Assembly: GCA_963422735.1 (NCBI GenBank)
Contig: OY730476.1
Span: 4,192,001 to 4,256,000, forward strand
From: Candidatus Latescibacterota bacterium
Lineage (GTDB): Bacteria; Latescibacterota; UBA2968; UBA8231
Reading direction: 5' to 3'
DNA length: 64,000 nt
Shown here piece after piece: positions 1 through 9,426 of the stretch (positions within the stretch are counted from its first letter, which is position 1; each line of letters starts with the position of its first letter). The position numbers were made by a program, and so were the translations under genes. A model generated the notes under the pieces. That model ran no database searches, was not told the DNA's origin, and was given only the letters and a program-made list of their open reading frames with translations.

Positions 1-256
1 GTCGCTCGCGATTTTGCCGTTGAAGAAGGAACCCCGGCCGACCGTGCCCTATGCGCTTTCGCCGAAAAATTGACCCAGCGACCACAGGAGTCAACCGCTG
101 AGGATATCGATCCATTGCGTCAGCACGGCTTTGTCCACGACGCCGTCCAGATCATCGGCTATTTCAACATATATTAATCGCGTGGCAGATGCCTTGGGCG
201 TCGAGCCTGAATCCTTTATCCGACCTTGGGAAAAATCCGCGACTACTCCCGACTAG
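1..256 (+). pseudogene. 3' part of AhpD-like/peroxidase-related protein, frameshifted (truncated by window start)
   Basis: Frame 1 reads ...ALCAFAEKLTQRP...HDAVQIIGYFN, then a 1-nt shift near 169 continues YINRVADALGVEPE...*, the typical AhpD-like C-terminus. Confidence 0.65.
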
Positions 257-278
257 TCCAAAAAAGAAGCAACCCACA

Positions 279-375
279 ATGGCTCCTGTTAAACTAGTAG
301 TCTTTATTCGTATTTTCCGGTGCTGATACCACGACTACCGGATCGACCTGTTGAACTAAGACGCCAAATACAGTT
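279..375 (+). pseudogene. Decayed 5' copy of the ThuA-domain gene at 4848
   Basis: atggctcctgttaaactagtagtc matches atggctcccgttaaactattagta at 4848; further patches taccacgac and gacctgttga. Confidence 0.6.
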
Positions 376-406
376 TGCGAAAAAACCGACATCCACGAGC
401 CGGTCC

Positions 407-1387
407 GTGCCCCAAATCGTCGTTGAAAATCTAGTCAAAACCTACCGCATTGCCGAGCGCCGCCCCGGTCTTTGGGGTGCCTTCCGGGGCATTGTGCAGC
501 GCTCGCACCGCACGATCCGGGCTTTGGACGGCATCTCTTTCTCGCTGGAAACCGGTGAACTGGTCGGCTATATCGGGCCAAACGGGGCGGGCAAGTCCAC
601 CACGGTCAAAATTCTCTCCGGCATTGTCGTGCCCGATTCCGGGCGCTGCGAGGTCCAAGGCCGCGTCCCTTGGCAGGACCGCATTGCCCACGTCAGCCGC
701 ATTGGCGTGGTCTTCGGCCAGCGCACCCAATTGTGGTGGGATTTGCCGGCCATTGAGTCCTTCGATCTGCTACGCGACATCTACAAAGTCCCCACCGCCG
801 CCTACCGCCGCCGCCGCGACGCGCTCATCGCCATGTTGGAACTTTCTTCCTTCCTCGACGTGCCTGTGCGCCAGCTCAGCTTGGGCCAGCGCATGCGCTG
901 CGATCTGGTGGCGGCCCTGCTCCACGGTCCGGGCTTGCTCTTTTTGGACGAGCCGACCATTGGCCTCGACGCCGTTTCCAAATTGGCGATGCGCGACTTC
1001 ATCAAAGAACTCAATCGCCAAGAGGATACCACCGTCATCCTGACCACCCACGACATGGACGATATCGAAGCCCTGTGCAACCGGGTCCTAGTCATCGGCG
1101 ACGGCACCATCCTCTCCGACGGCAGCCTCTCCGATTTGCGCGCCCGCGTCTCGTCCGAGCGCCGCCTCATCGTCGATCTGGTCGATGCCGCAGCGACCAT
1201 AGAAGACGAGGCCGCTCGCGTCGTGCAGCGCGACGGCCCCCGGGTGCATCTTAGCTTTGCCCCCGAATGCATTTCAGCCGCAGCCCTCATCAGTCGCATC
1301 ACCGCCCGCCACGAGGTGCGCGACCTCTTTGTGGAAAACCCGCCCATTGAGGAAGTGATCGCCCAACTCTACCGGGATCGCCCTTGA
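407..1387 (+). CDS. ABC transporter ATP-binding protein (ABC-2 exporter)
   Basis: Walker [10 protein letters not shown], signature LSLGQRMR, Walker B LFLDEPT; probable GTG start at 407. Confidence 0.93.
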   Translation: MPQIVVENLVKTYRIAERRPGLWGAFRGIVQRSHRTIRALDGISFSLETGELVGYIGPNGAGKSTTVKILSGIVVPDSGRCEVQGRVPWQDRIAHVSRIGVVFGQRTQLWWDLPAIESFDLLRDIYKVPTAAYRRRRDALIAMLELSSFLDVPVRQLSLGQRMRCDLVAALLHGPGLLFLDEPTIGLDAVSKLAMRDFIKELNRQEDTTVILTTHDMDDIEALCNRVLVIGDGTILSDGSLSDLRARVSSERRLIVDLVDAAATIEDEAARVVQRDGPRVHLSFAPECISAAALISRITARHEVRDLFVENPPIEEVIAQLYRDRP

Positions 1388-2178
1388 TGCGGCCCTACCT
1401 GTCCGTCCTCAGCGCCCGCATCCGCATGTTGCTGCAGTACCGGGCTGCGGCCCTAGCCGGCATGAGTACGCAGCTATTTTGGGGACTCATTCGGGTGATG
1501 ATCTTCGAAGCGTTCTACCGCACTTCGACCCAAGCGCAGCCCATGACCTACGCCGAGGTGGTAAATTATGTCTGGCTTGGTCAGGCCCTGTTCGCCCTCT
1601 TGCCTTGGACTCCCGACAACGATGTGCGCACCATGGTACGCACAGGCACGGTGGCCTACGAGTTGGTGCGCCCCGTCGATTTGTACGCCTTTTGGTACAG
1701 CCGCGCCCTCGCCAACCGCATCGCCCCCACCCTGCTGCGTTCGGTGCCGCTGTTTTGTCTAGCCTTCCTCTTCTTCGGCCTGCAAGCTCCCGCCTCCCCG
1801 GCTGCGGCTGCGGCTTGGGCCTTGGCCACGGTGGGCGCTGTCCTGCTGGGCGGAGCTTTATCCAACTTGGTCAATGTCTCCTTGTTGTGGACCATTGCCG
1901 GAGAGGGTTCCATGCAAATACTGGCGGTGTGCATCTACGTCTTTTCGGGCATGGTGATCCCCTTGCCGCTGTTTCCCGACGCGTTCCAACCCATACTCGA
2001 CTTCATGCCTTTTCGCGGCTTGGCCGACACCCCTTTCCGCCTCTACATGGGGCACATTCCCGCGTCTCAAGTCTGGTCAGTGGTGGGGCATCAGCTTGCG
2101 TGGACGCTAGCACTTGTGGGGTTGGGCCGCTTCCTCCTCTATCACGGCACCCGCCGCTTGGTCGTCCAAGGAGGCTGA
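1384..2178 (+). CDS. ABC-2 family permease
   Basis: Multi-TM protein overlapping the ATPase stop; G.VAYELVRP motif and C-terminal VQGG. Confidence 0.88.
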   Translation: MMRPYLSVLSARIRMLLQYRAAALAGMSTQLFWGLIRVMIFEAFYRTSTQAQPMTYAEVVNYVWLGQALFALLPWTPDNDVRTMVRTGTVAYELVRPVDLYAFWYSRALANRIAPTLLRSVPLFCLAFLFFGLQAPASPAAAAAWALATVGAVLLGGALSNLVNVSLLWTIAGEGSMQILAVCIYVFSGMVIPLPLFPDAFQPILDFMPFRGLADTPFRLYMGHIPASQVWSVVGHQLAWTLALVGLGRFLLYHGTRRLVVQGG

Positions 2179-2182
2179 AGTC

Positions 2183-2986
2183 GTGCTCGATGGACTGCGC
2201 CTGTACGGCCGCTATATCGGCATTTCCTTCCGCAGCCAAATGCAGTACCGGGCCTCTTTTGTCATGCTGTCGGTGGGCCACGGCGCGATGACCGGCTTGG
2301 AATTCTTGGGCATCTGGGTGCTCTTCGACCGCTTCGCCGCTCTCGACACTTGGAGTCTGCCCGAAGTGGCCTTTTTTTACGGCCTGATCAATATCGCCTT
2401 TGCCCTGTGCGACGCCTTCTCGCGCGGCTTTGACTTGTTCGCCTCCACGGTCAAAAGTGGCGACTTCGACCGCTTGCTGCTGCGCCCCCGCAGCACGGCC
2501 TTGCAATTGGCCGGCCAAGAATTGACCCTCAAGCGCATCGGCCGCCTCACCCAAGGCTTGGTCGTCCTGCTGTGGGCCTCACAGGCCCTAGAGCTAGCTT
2601 GGACGCCGGACAAGCTGCTCCTCGCCTTGCTCACCGTCCTCGGCGGCGCTTGCCTGTTTTACGGTCTCATAGTCCTGCAGGCGACGCTGGCTTTTTGGAC
2701 CACCGAGAGCTTGGAAATCGTCAATACCGTAACCTACGGCGGCGTGGAAACAGCGCAGTATCCATTGGCTATCTACCGCGCGTGGTTCCGCCGCTTTTTC
2801 ACGTACGTCATCCCCCTCGCCTGCGTAGGCTATTACCCGGCCTTGGGGATTCTGGAGCGCCCCGACCCTTTGGGTTCAGGCCCGTTATTCCAATGGCTGG
2901 CCCCGGTCGTGGGCCTGCTCTTTTTTGTAATCTGTCTGCGCGTCTGGCAAGTGGGCGTGCGGCACTACCGCTCTACGGGAAGCTAA
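2183..2986 (+). CDS. ABC-2 family permease (second subunit)
   Basis: SQMQYRASF, GDFDRLLLRP, C-terminal YRSTGS; probable GTG start at 2183. Confidence 0.88.
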   Translation: MLDGLRLYGRYIGISFRSQMQYRASFVMLSVGHGAMTGLEFLGIWVLFDRFAALDTWSLPEVAFFYGLINIAFALCDAFSRGFDLFASTVKSGDFDRLLLRPRSTALQLAGQELTLKRIGRLTQGLVVLLWASQALELAWTPDKLLLALLTVLGGACLFYGLIVLQATLAFWTTESLEIVNTVTYGGVETAQYPLAIYRAWFRRFFTYVIPLACVGYYPALGILERPDPLGSGPLFQWLAPVVGLLFFVICLRVWQVGVRHYRSTGS

Positions 2987-3050
2987 CGGAGTGCCCTATG
3001 GACATTGCCGCTAAGGCACTAACAGTCCGCCTTGCCCTTCGGCGTTTTAT

Positions 3051-3072
3051 GGGATATACTTTGGATATACAT
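3051..3072 (+). promoter_or_regulatory. Putative mazEF autoregulatory operator (two GGATATAC boxes)
   Basis: gggatatact-ttggatatacat directly upstream of the antitoxin. Confidence 0.4.
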
Positions 3073-3089
3073 CACATCTTATATAGAGG

Positions 3090-3344
3090 TTGGCCAAGTT
3101 GAGTACGATACAGAAGTGGGGAAATAGCCAAGGGCTTAGGTTGGCGAAGGCGATTCTCCAAGAAGCGCAGCTAAATGTGGGCGACGAAGTGGATATTTCC
3201 ATCGAAAACGGGCGAATTATAATTGAGCCTACGACTAAAGTTCGCGGGAGATATGATTTGCAGGAGTTGCTGTCAAAGATGCCCAAAGAGTACCGAGTTG
3301 AAGAACTGGATTGGGGCGGACCTATTGGGAAAGAAGTCTGGTAA
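3090..3344 (+). CDS. mazE: AbrB/MazE family antitoxin
   Basis: IQKWGNSQGLRL AbrB motif; C-terminal DWGGPIGKEVW. Confidence 0.92.
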   Translation: MAKLSTIQKWGNSQGLRLAKAILQEAQLNVGDEVDISIENGRIIIEPTTKVRGRYDLQELLSKMPKEYRVEELDWGGPIGKEVW

Positions 3345-3692
3345 ATGCCCCGTTATATTCCGCAGAAAGGGGACTTCGTGATTTTGACGTTTGATCCACA
3401 GGCGGGACACGAGCAAAAAGGGCGTCGCCCCGCATTGGTAATCAGCAACACGCTATTCAACAGGCACACCGGACTTGCTATGGTGTGCCCGATAACTAAG
3501 ACAAAAAGGAATATCCCCTTTCACGTGGAAGTTCCAAGCCAATCACCCCTTACAGGGTATATCATGGTCGAACAGATCAAATCCGTCGGTTACGCAAGCC
3601 GCAAAGTAAAGTTCGTTGGGAGAGCCTCTGGATCCATTCTCGACGAAGTTTTAAGCCTTCTAGACGCCTGCCTATACAATCCGGTCCAATAA
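3345..3692 (+). CDS. mazF: PemK/MazF family endoribonuclease toxin
   Basis: FDPQAGHEQKGRRPALVIS and CPIT motifs; abuts mazE. Confidence 0.93.
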   Translation: MPRYIPQKGDFVILTFDPQAGHEQKGRRPALVISNTLFNRHTGLAMVCPITKTKRNIPFHVEVPSQSPLTGYIMVEQIKSVGYASRKVKFVGRASGSILDEVLSLLDACLYNPVQ

Positions 3693-4738
3693 TGAGCCAG
3701 CCCAAACGCATCGCCCACGCCGATCTGGAACAATTCTTTCTCGACGCACTCGCAGCCGTAGAGGTGCCGCCGCACGTAGCTGCGGTCGAAGCCCAAGTCG
3801 GCGCTGAAGTGGACCTGCACGGCGGCCATACCCACGGCGTCGCCTTATTGCCCTCGGTGATCAATTATATCCGCCGGGGAGTTTTGACGCCCGATCCCCA
3901 CTTTGAAACCATTGTCGATTACCCAGCGTCCCGGCTGATCGACGCCGACGGCGGCATTGGCCGCTTCTCTTCGGCGCAGGGAATGGATTGGGCACTCGAA
4001 CGGGCACGGCAATACGGCGTGGGTACTTGCGTCGTCCGCAATGTCGGGCACTGGGGACGCGGGCATAGCTACGCTTTGCGGGCCGCCCGCGCCGGGCTAG
4101 TCGGCCTAGCCTTTACCAACGCGTTCGCCAACTTTCCTGCCTGGGGTACGCGCGTCCCTTCCCTAGGCAACAATCCCCTCGCCATTGGCATCCCCACAGC
4201 CGACAGCGAGCCTGTGGTCCTCGACTTGGCCATGACCCAATCCTCCATAAGCCGCGTGCGGCAGGCCGAAGCCGCCGGACGCAGCATTCCCGAAGGTTGG
4301 GGCCTAGACGAGCGCGGAAGGCCCACTACAGATCCGGGTGCTCTGCTGCAATCGTGGCGCTTTTTGCCCATGGGCCAGCACAAAGGCTCAGGACTAGCTT
4401 TTATGGTCGATCTGCTCACCGCTGGACTGGCCGGCAGCCTCCTCGCTTTTGAGCAGGGAACCGAGGGTCGGCCAACGGATTCGGCCGGCGGCTCCACCAA
4501 GTGCTTTATTGCCCTCAAGCCCTTTGGCGACTGGCTGCACGACCGCAACGCCGATCTAAAGGCCCATATTAAATCGGTGGAGGCAGCACCCGAGCAGGGC
4601 CTGGTGCAGTGGCCGGGCGAGGGCAGCTACCAGCGGCGCGCCGACTACCTAAAACACGGCATCGCCCTCGAAGCCACCTTGGCCGACCAAGTAGAAGAAC
4701 TGGCCCGCGATTTGGAGATACCAATCCGCTGGGCTTGA
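3692..4738 (+). CDS. Ldh_2 family (malate/L-lactate/ureidoglycolate-type) oxidoreductase
   Basis: HTHG, LGNNPLAI, LDLAM and HKGSGL motifs. Confidence 0.88.
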   Translation: MSQPKRIAHADLEQFFLDALAAVEVPPHVAAVEAQVGAEVDLHGGHTHGVALLPSVINYIRRGVLTPDPHFETIVDYPASRLIDADGGIGRFSSAQGMDWALERARQYGVGTCVVRNVGHWGRGHSYALRAARAGLVGLAFTNAFANFPAWGTRVPSLGNNPLAIGIPTADSEPVVLDLAMTQSSISRVRQAEAAGRSIPEGWGLDERGRPTTDPGALLQSWRFLPMGQHKGSGLAFMVDLLTAGLAGSLLAFEQGTEGRPTDSAGGSTKCFIALKPFGDWLHDRNADLKAHIKSVEAAPEQGLVQWPGEGSYQRRADYLKHGIALEATLADQVEELARDLEIPIRWA

Positions 4739-4739
4739 T

Positions 4740-4796
4740 ATGGGGCACATTCTCGCGTCCCGAGTCTGGTCATCAGTTCGCGTGGACTCTGGCACT
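4740..4796 (+). repeat. Diverged relic copy of ABC permease segment 2047-2114
   Basis: atggggcacattctcgcgtcccgagtctggtca...tcagttcgcgtggactctggcact versus atggggcacattcccgcgtctcaagtctggtca...tcagcttgcgtggacgctagcact. Confidence 0.7.
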
Positions 4797-4847
4797 CCCC
4801 CTTACCGCCGCTCCCAACTAACCCAATAGCAAAAGGAGAAACCCGCC

Positions 4848-5483
4848 ATGGCTCCCGTTAAACTATTAGTATTCGTCGGCACGGAAGGCATCTACCACGA
4901 CCACGAAGGCCAGGGCCGCTACCTGACCGACCTGCTGAGCCAAGACGACCAGATCGAGGCCGATTTCTCGCGCGACTACGAGATTATGGCCAACGGCCTC
5001 AACGCGTATGACGCCACGCTCTTCTTCACGGATGTCGGCCACTTCACCCAAGCTCAGGAACAGGGGCTTTTGCGCTTTATCGAACGCGGCGGCGGCTTCT
5101 TTGGCCTACACACTGCGGACGCCTCCTTCCGAGACAACGCCGGCTACCACCAGATGCTCAACGGCTTTTTCGACGGCCACAGCCCGTACATGGATTTCAC
5201 TGTCACCATCTCCGACTCCGACGATCCCATTGCCGCAGGCCTCGAAGACTTTGCCGTAACCGATGAGTTGCACTATCTCAAGCACGACCCAAGCCGATCG
5301 CATCACCTCATGCACGCCTATGACCCTAACCGCGGCGAGACCCACGTCATGGCCTATCATCACACCTATGGTCAGGGCCGGGTGTTTTTCTTTGCCTTGG
5401 GCCACGATAAGGCGGTGCTGGAAAATCCCTCTTTCCAAGAAGTTGTGCGCCGAGGTGTCCTGTGGGTGGGCAAGAGGTTGTAA
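4848..5483 (+). CDS. ThuA domain (class I glutamine amidotransferase-like) protein
   Basis: GGGFFGLH, DELHY, YGQGRVFFFALGHD; RBS aaggag. Confidence 0.88.
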   Translation: MAPVKLLVFVGTEGIYHDHEGQGRYLTDLLSQDDQIEADFSRDYEIMANGLNAYDATLFFTDVGHFTQAQEQGLLRFIERGGGFFGLHTADASFRDNAGYHQMLNGFFDGHSPYMDFTVTISDSDDPIAAGLEDFAVTDELHYLKHDPSRSHHLMHAYDPNRGETHVMAYHHTYGQGRVFFFALGHDKAVLENPSFQEVVRRGVLWVGKRL

Positions 5484-5570
5484 TTATGCCGCGCAGACAC
5501 TATCTAATTGCGGGAATGCAGAGGATGCAGACAAGCTCCCGTCCTGAGAGCCGAATTAGAAAGACAGTCA

Positions 5571-6278
5571 ATGACTGAAATACGAGGAGTTTTTTTCGAT
5601 CTATACGGCACGTTGTTGTGCTATGGCGATATGGAGGCCGCAGGAGAAAGTTGGTTCCATTCCATACGCCGCGAGCTGATCGTTTGCGGCCGTGCGTTTG
5701 ATGAAGAAACATTGATCCGGGTATGTAAGGAATTCTTGATCCAACCCGAGCCGTCAGTACAGGACGACGGACTAACCGTGTACGAGCGTCGCATCCGCGA
5801 GTTGGGCTTAGAGCTAGGCTTGGAGTTGGAGTTGGAGGAATTGCGGTGGATCAGCGCGGCGAGCGTGGCGGCGTGGCACGCACACACGCCGCTCGACCCA
5901 GAGGCCAAAAGCGTACTGGGCGAGCTGCAAGGCCGCTGCAAGCTGGCGCTGATCTCCAACTTCGATCATCCGCCGCACGTCCATCGGTTGCTGGACGAGC
6001 TGGCGTTGCGTCCCTTTTTCGACGCGGTGGTCATCTCCGGCGATGTCGGCGTCAAAAAGCCCGACCCGGCGATATTCGTCCCGGCGCTGGAGCAGACCGG
6101 GTTGGTGGCTGACGAGGTGCTCTTCATCGGCGATTCTCCGGAAGACGACGTAGCGGGAGCCAAGGCTGCGGGGCTGCGGCCGGTGTTGATTCGGCGGTCA
6201 CTCGGCGCGGATGAACGGACGGAGGACGGGGTGCGAGTGGTCGCGGGGTTAGGGGAAGTGGTCGGGTTAGTTGGTTGA
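5571..6278 (+). CDS. HAD family hydrolase
   Basis: FDLYGTL, ISNFD, KKPDPAIF, IGDSPEDDVAGA. Confidence 0.88.
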   Translation: MTEIRGVFFDLYGTLLCYGDMEAAGESWFHSIRRELIVCGRAFDEETLIRVCKEFLIQPEPSVQDDGLTVYERRIRELGLELGLELELEELRWISAASVAAWHAHTPLDPEAKSVLGELQGRCKLALISNFDHPPHVHRLLDELALRPFFDAVVISGDVGVKKPDPAIFVPALEQTGLVADEVLFIGDSPEDDVAGAKAAGLRPVLIRRSLGADERTEDGVRVVAGLGEVVGLVG

Positions 6279-6306
6279 GGAGCGCAGCAGTTGCGCTTTA
6301 TATCCT

Positions 6307-6437
6307 AAAAAGCTATCTGAAAATTCCGAGTGCGCCCCAGCGAGAGCGCATATACGCCGACTTTAGGCGGTGCAAACGTGGCGGCTCACCGCGCCTTTAG
6401 GCGCGACAGGCCGTTAGGGGTTTTCAGACAGCTTCTA
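6307..6437. mobile_element. MITE-like element with imperfect terminal inverted repeats (family also at 19909 and 48180)
   Basis: Left aagctatctgaaaa and right ttttcagacagctt; internal tcaccgcgcctttaggc shared with the other two copies. Confidence 0.6.
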
Positions 6438-6449
6438 AAGAAAGGGAGC

Positions 6450-7565
6450 ATGATGGCAACGGGTGGAACAGTTTTACAAACGGGCGACCCAGCAGCTGTC
6501 GGCATGTCGGCCGCACAACTCGAACGGGCCTTCGGCCTGCTCATGGCCGCTATCGAGGCGGGCCAGATCAGCGCGGCCTCGCTGACAGTAGCGCGGCACG
6601 GCCAAGAGGTCTTTGCACGCGGGGCCGGCCAGCGGAAACCTAACACGGGCCAGCTAGTCGATGCGGATTCGATCTTTCTCCTCGCGTCGATCACCAAGCC
6701 GGTCACAGCTTGCGCACTGATGATCCTCGTCGACCGCGGGCTGCTCTCGCTCGAAGACCCGGCCGCCTATTACCTGCCCGAGTTCACAGGCGGCGACCGG
6801 CCCGCGGTCAAGGTCCGCCACCTGCTGTCGCACATATCGGGTATGCCCGACATGCTGCCGGAGAACGTCAGCCTGCGGCGGGCGCACGAGCCGGTAGCGG
6901 TCTTTGTCGAGCGTACCATGCAGACGCCCCTGCTCTACAAACCGGCAACGGATTTCCGCTACCAAAGCAAGGGCATCCTGCTGGCGGCCGAGATCGTCGA
7001 GCGCGTCAGCGGCCAGCGGTTGCGCGATTTTGAACGCGAGGAAATTTTTGCGCCATTGGGCATGGAGCGCAGCGAGCTGGGCATAGGCGATTGGGCGATT
7101 GCAGATACCGTGTGGTGCGGGACAGACACCGAAGAGGACGAAGAGTTGCGGAGCTGGGGGTGGAATTCTCCGTACTGGCGCGATTTCGGAGCACCGTGGG
7201 GGGGGATGCATAGCACCGGACGCGATCTGGCGATCCTCTTGCAAACCATGCTCAACGGCGGCGCGTACGGCGATCGGCGCATCTTCAGCCCGGCTGCGGT
7301 CGCGGCAATGACGCGGGACCAAAACGGTGCGCTCGACGCGCCGTGGGGTCTTGGGTGGGGCGTGTGCGGAGCGCGGGTGTGGGCCTTTTGGGGCGATCTA
7401 GTGTCGCCGCACACGTTCGGCCACACCGGGGCGACCGGCACGGTGGCGTGGGCGGATGCAGAGCGCCAGCTAAGCTGCGTGGTGCTGACCAACCAGATGG
7501 TCGCCAATGGAAGCTTGTTGCGGCGAGTCTCCAACGCGGTATCAGCGGCCGTGGAGGAAAATTAG
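6450..7565 (+). CDS. Serine hydrolase, beta-lactamase class C-like family
   Basis: SxxK (ASITK), LLSHISG, FRYQS, FGHTG. Confidence 0.88.
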   Translation: MMATGGTVLQTGDPAAVGMSAAQLERAFGLLMAAIEAGQISAASLTVARHGQEVFARGAGQRKPNTGQLVDADSIFLLASITKPVTACALMILVDRGLLSLEDPAAYYLPEFTGGDRPAVKVRHLLSHISGMPDMLPENVSLRRAHEPVAVFVERTMQTPLLYKPATDFRYQSKGILLAAEIVERVSGQRLRDFEREEIFAPLGMERSELGIGDWAIADTVWCGTDTEEDEELRSWGWNSPYWRDFGAPWGGMHSTGRDLAILLQTMLNGGAYGDRRIFSPAAVAAMTRDQNGALDAPWGLGWGVCGARVWAFWGDLVSPHTFGHTGATGTVAWADAERQLSCVVLTNQMVANGSLLRRVSNAVSAAVEEN

Positions 7566-7589
7566 TATCCAAATCCCCTCCGAGTCCTG

Positions 7590-7651
7590 TCAATCTTAAA
7601 AATTTAATTTTTTAATTTTATTATTGATTTTTTAAATCATATAGCTATAAT
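7590..7651 (+). promoter_or_regulatory. AT-rich sigma70-type promoter with upstream palindrome
   Basis: TTGATT (7624)-16 nt-TATAAT (7646); ttaaaaa...tttttaa palindrome at 7596-7615. Confidence 0.55.
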
Positions 7652-7678
7652 TATGTCTAAATTTAACTCTTTGGAGGT

Positions 7679-8074
7679 ATGGTCATCAAAGACTGGAAAG
7701 AGCTGACCGATCTGACGAAAGGGGTGCGTATCGTGGTGGAGCGGGTTTCCCTGCCGGACAGCGACATCGCGATTGAAGGGCAGTTCGATCCGCCTGTTCT
7801 GGCGCGTCTTTCCGCCGAGGACCAAGTATTCGTAATGGCCTTCGTCCAGGTTCACGGCTCGATCAAGGAGATGGAGCGCGTATTTGGCATCAGCTATCCG
7901 ACGGTCAAGAACCGGCTGAATGCCATTGCCGCGCAGCTACAGTTCGTCGAGACGGTGCCTCGGACCACGGCATCGGCTAGCATCCCACGCTCAAATCCTC
8001 AATCGGCGGCAGTGCTCGACAGCCTACAGAGCGGCGAGATCGACGTCGAAGAGGCCGTGCGGAGGCTCTCCTAA
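7679..8074 (+). CDS. DUF2089 family HTH regulator with C-terminal SHOCT-like helix
   Basis: GSIKEMERVFGISYPTVKNRLN; C-terminal LDSLQSGEIDVEEAVRRL. Confidence 0.85.
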   Translation: MVIKDWKELTDLTKGVRIVVERVSLPDSDIAIEGQFDPPVLARLSAEDQVFVMAFVQVHGSIKEMERVFGISYPTVKNRLNAIAAQLQFVETVPRTTASASIPRSNPQSAAVLDSLQSGEIDVEEAVRRLS

Positions 8075-8349
8075 TGCTGCCGCCGATGTTCCTGAGAGTA
8101 CGGGTCCAGGATGACAAGCGCCGTATTCGGCTGTGGATTCCGCTCATAGTGCTATGGCCGGTCATTGCCGTCGTGGTGCTTTTGGGGACGCCTATAGCAG
8201 TACTAGTAGCGGCGCGCTCGGAGCACCGCGCTTGGGGCCGTTCTGTCCTGCTGGCCGGACCCTTGCTTTTGTACGTGCTTGCCTCGTTGCGCGGCCTACG
8301 CTTCAACGTAGCCTCCGGCGAGGATCGCGTGTTCATTTCAATCGACTAG
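8074..8349 (+). CDS. Small membrane protein
   Basis: Two hydrophobic segments; translationally coupled to the DUF2089 gene. Confidence 0.7.
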   Translation: MLPPMFLRVRVQDDKRRIRLWIPLIVLWPVIAVVVLLGTPIAVLVAARSEHRAWGRSVLLAGPLLLYVLASLRGLRFNVASGEDRVFISID

Positions 8350-8355
8350 GAGGCT

Positions 8356-9396
8356 GTGATGACTCAAGAGCGACGCAGAGTTCTCGACATGCTCTCGGAG
8401 GGGCAGATCACCGTAGAGGAAGCCGAGCGTCTCTTGAAGGCACTGCAAGGCACCCACCGCAAGACTCCCGAGGAGCGCGAAGCGTCTCGGGCCGGGTCAG
8501 CGAACGATAAAGGTGCCGACGGGAAGAGCTTTGAAGCCTTTGATGAGTCCTTCGCGGAAGGTTTTGAAGCCTTAGAGAAGTCTTCCGCGGAAGGCTTTGG
8601 AGAGCCCGAAGAGCAACCCAAGACGGCCATGCGCGACGACACTTTCGCAGTGGGGGCCAACCCACGCCTCGTGGTGTGCGGATTCAATGGCCGCATCCGA
8701 GTCCATGCTGGCGAACCCGGCTCGATTCGCGTGCGGACGAGGCTGAAAAAACCGCACGGAGTTAAGTATAGCGCTGTACAGGAAGGCGACCTCGTCAAGA
8801 TCGAGGCCAAGCCGGATCGGCAGCCCGAGGGATTCCTGCCCGGACTCTCCCGCCAATCCTCCGGAGCAAACATAGAGGTGGTTGTGCCCGTCGCAACTAG
8901 CGTTGACTTGACGACTAGCAACGGGCCAGTGGAACTCCAAGGGACGGAAAACAGTGGGGTGGTGCAGACCAAGAACGGGCCCATAAGGGTCGAACAATTC
9001 AAGGGCGACCTAAACGCGACGAGCAAGAACGCCCCAATCGCGGTCAAGACGTTCTCAGGCTCGGCAGTGCTCGCCACCTCAAACAGACGCGTGTCCATCG
9101 AGGACGCACACGGCCACTTCGATGCGCAGACGACCAACGGGACGATAAAATTTCAGGGCAGTCTTGAGGCTAAAAGCCACAACAGGCTATCCACCTCGAA
9201 CGGCAACATCAAAGTAGCCCTAGACGCCGATCCGAGCCTCAAGCTAACGGCTGCGACGGTCAACGGGCGAGTCCTCTGCGGGGTGCCGGGCTTTGTCGCA
9301 GCGGTCGAGAAGCGCCACAAGCTCAAGGGAACGGTGGGCGCAGGCGAGGCCGAGCTAATCGCCAAGACCGTAAATGGCTCCATTGCGATTCAGTAG
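8356..9396 (+). CDS. SHOCT-like + DUF4097 beta-strand repeat protein (YvlB/LiaX-like)
   Basis: N-terminal ERRRVLDMLSEGQITVEEAERLL; repeated TSNG/TKNG/TTNG/TVNG turns. Confidence 0.85.
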   Translation: MMTQERRRVLDMLSEGQITVEEAERLLKALQGTHRKTPEEREASRAGSANDKGADGKSFEAFDESFAEGFEALEKSSAEGFGEPEEQPKTAMRDDTFAVGANPRLVVCGFNGRIRVHAGEPGSIRVRTRLKKPHGVKYSAVQEGDLVKIEAKPDRQPEGFLPGLSRQSSGANIEVVVPVATSVDLTTSNGPVELQGTENSGVVQTKNGPIRVEQFKGDLNATSKNAPIAVKTFSGSAVLATSNRRVSIEDAHGHFDAQTTNGTIKFQGSLEAKSHNRLSTSNGNIKVALDADPSLKLTAATVNGRVLCGVPGFVAAVEKRHKLKGTVGAGEAELIAKTVNGSIAIQ

Positions 9397-9426
9397 CCAA
9401 ACGCAGCAACGAACAGGAGGCCAGCC

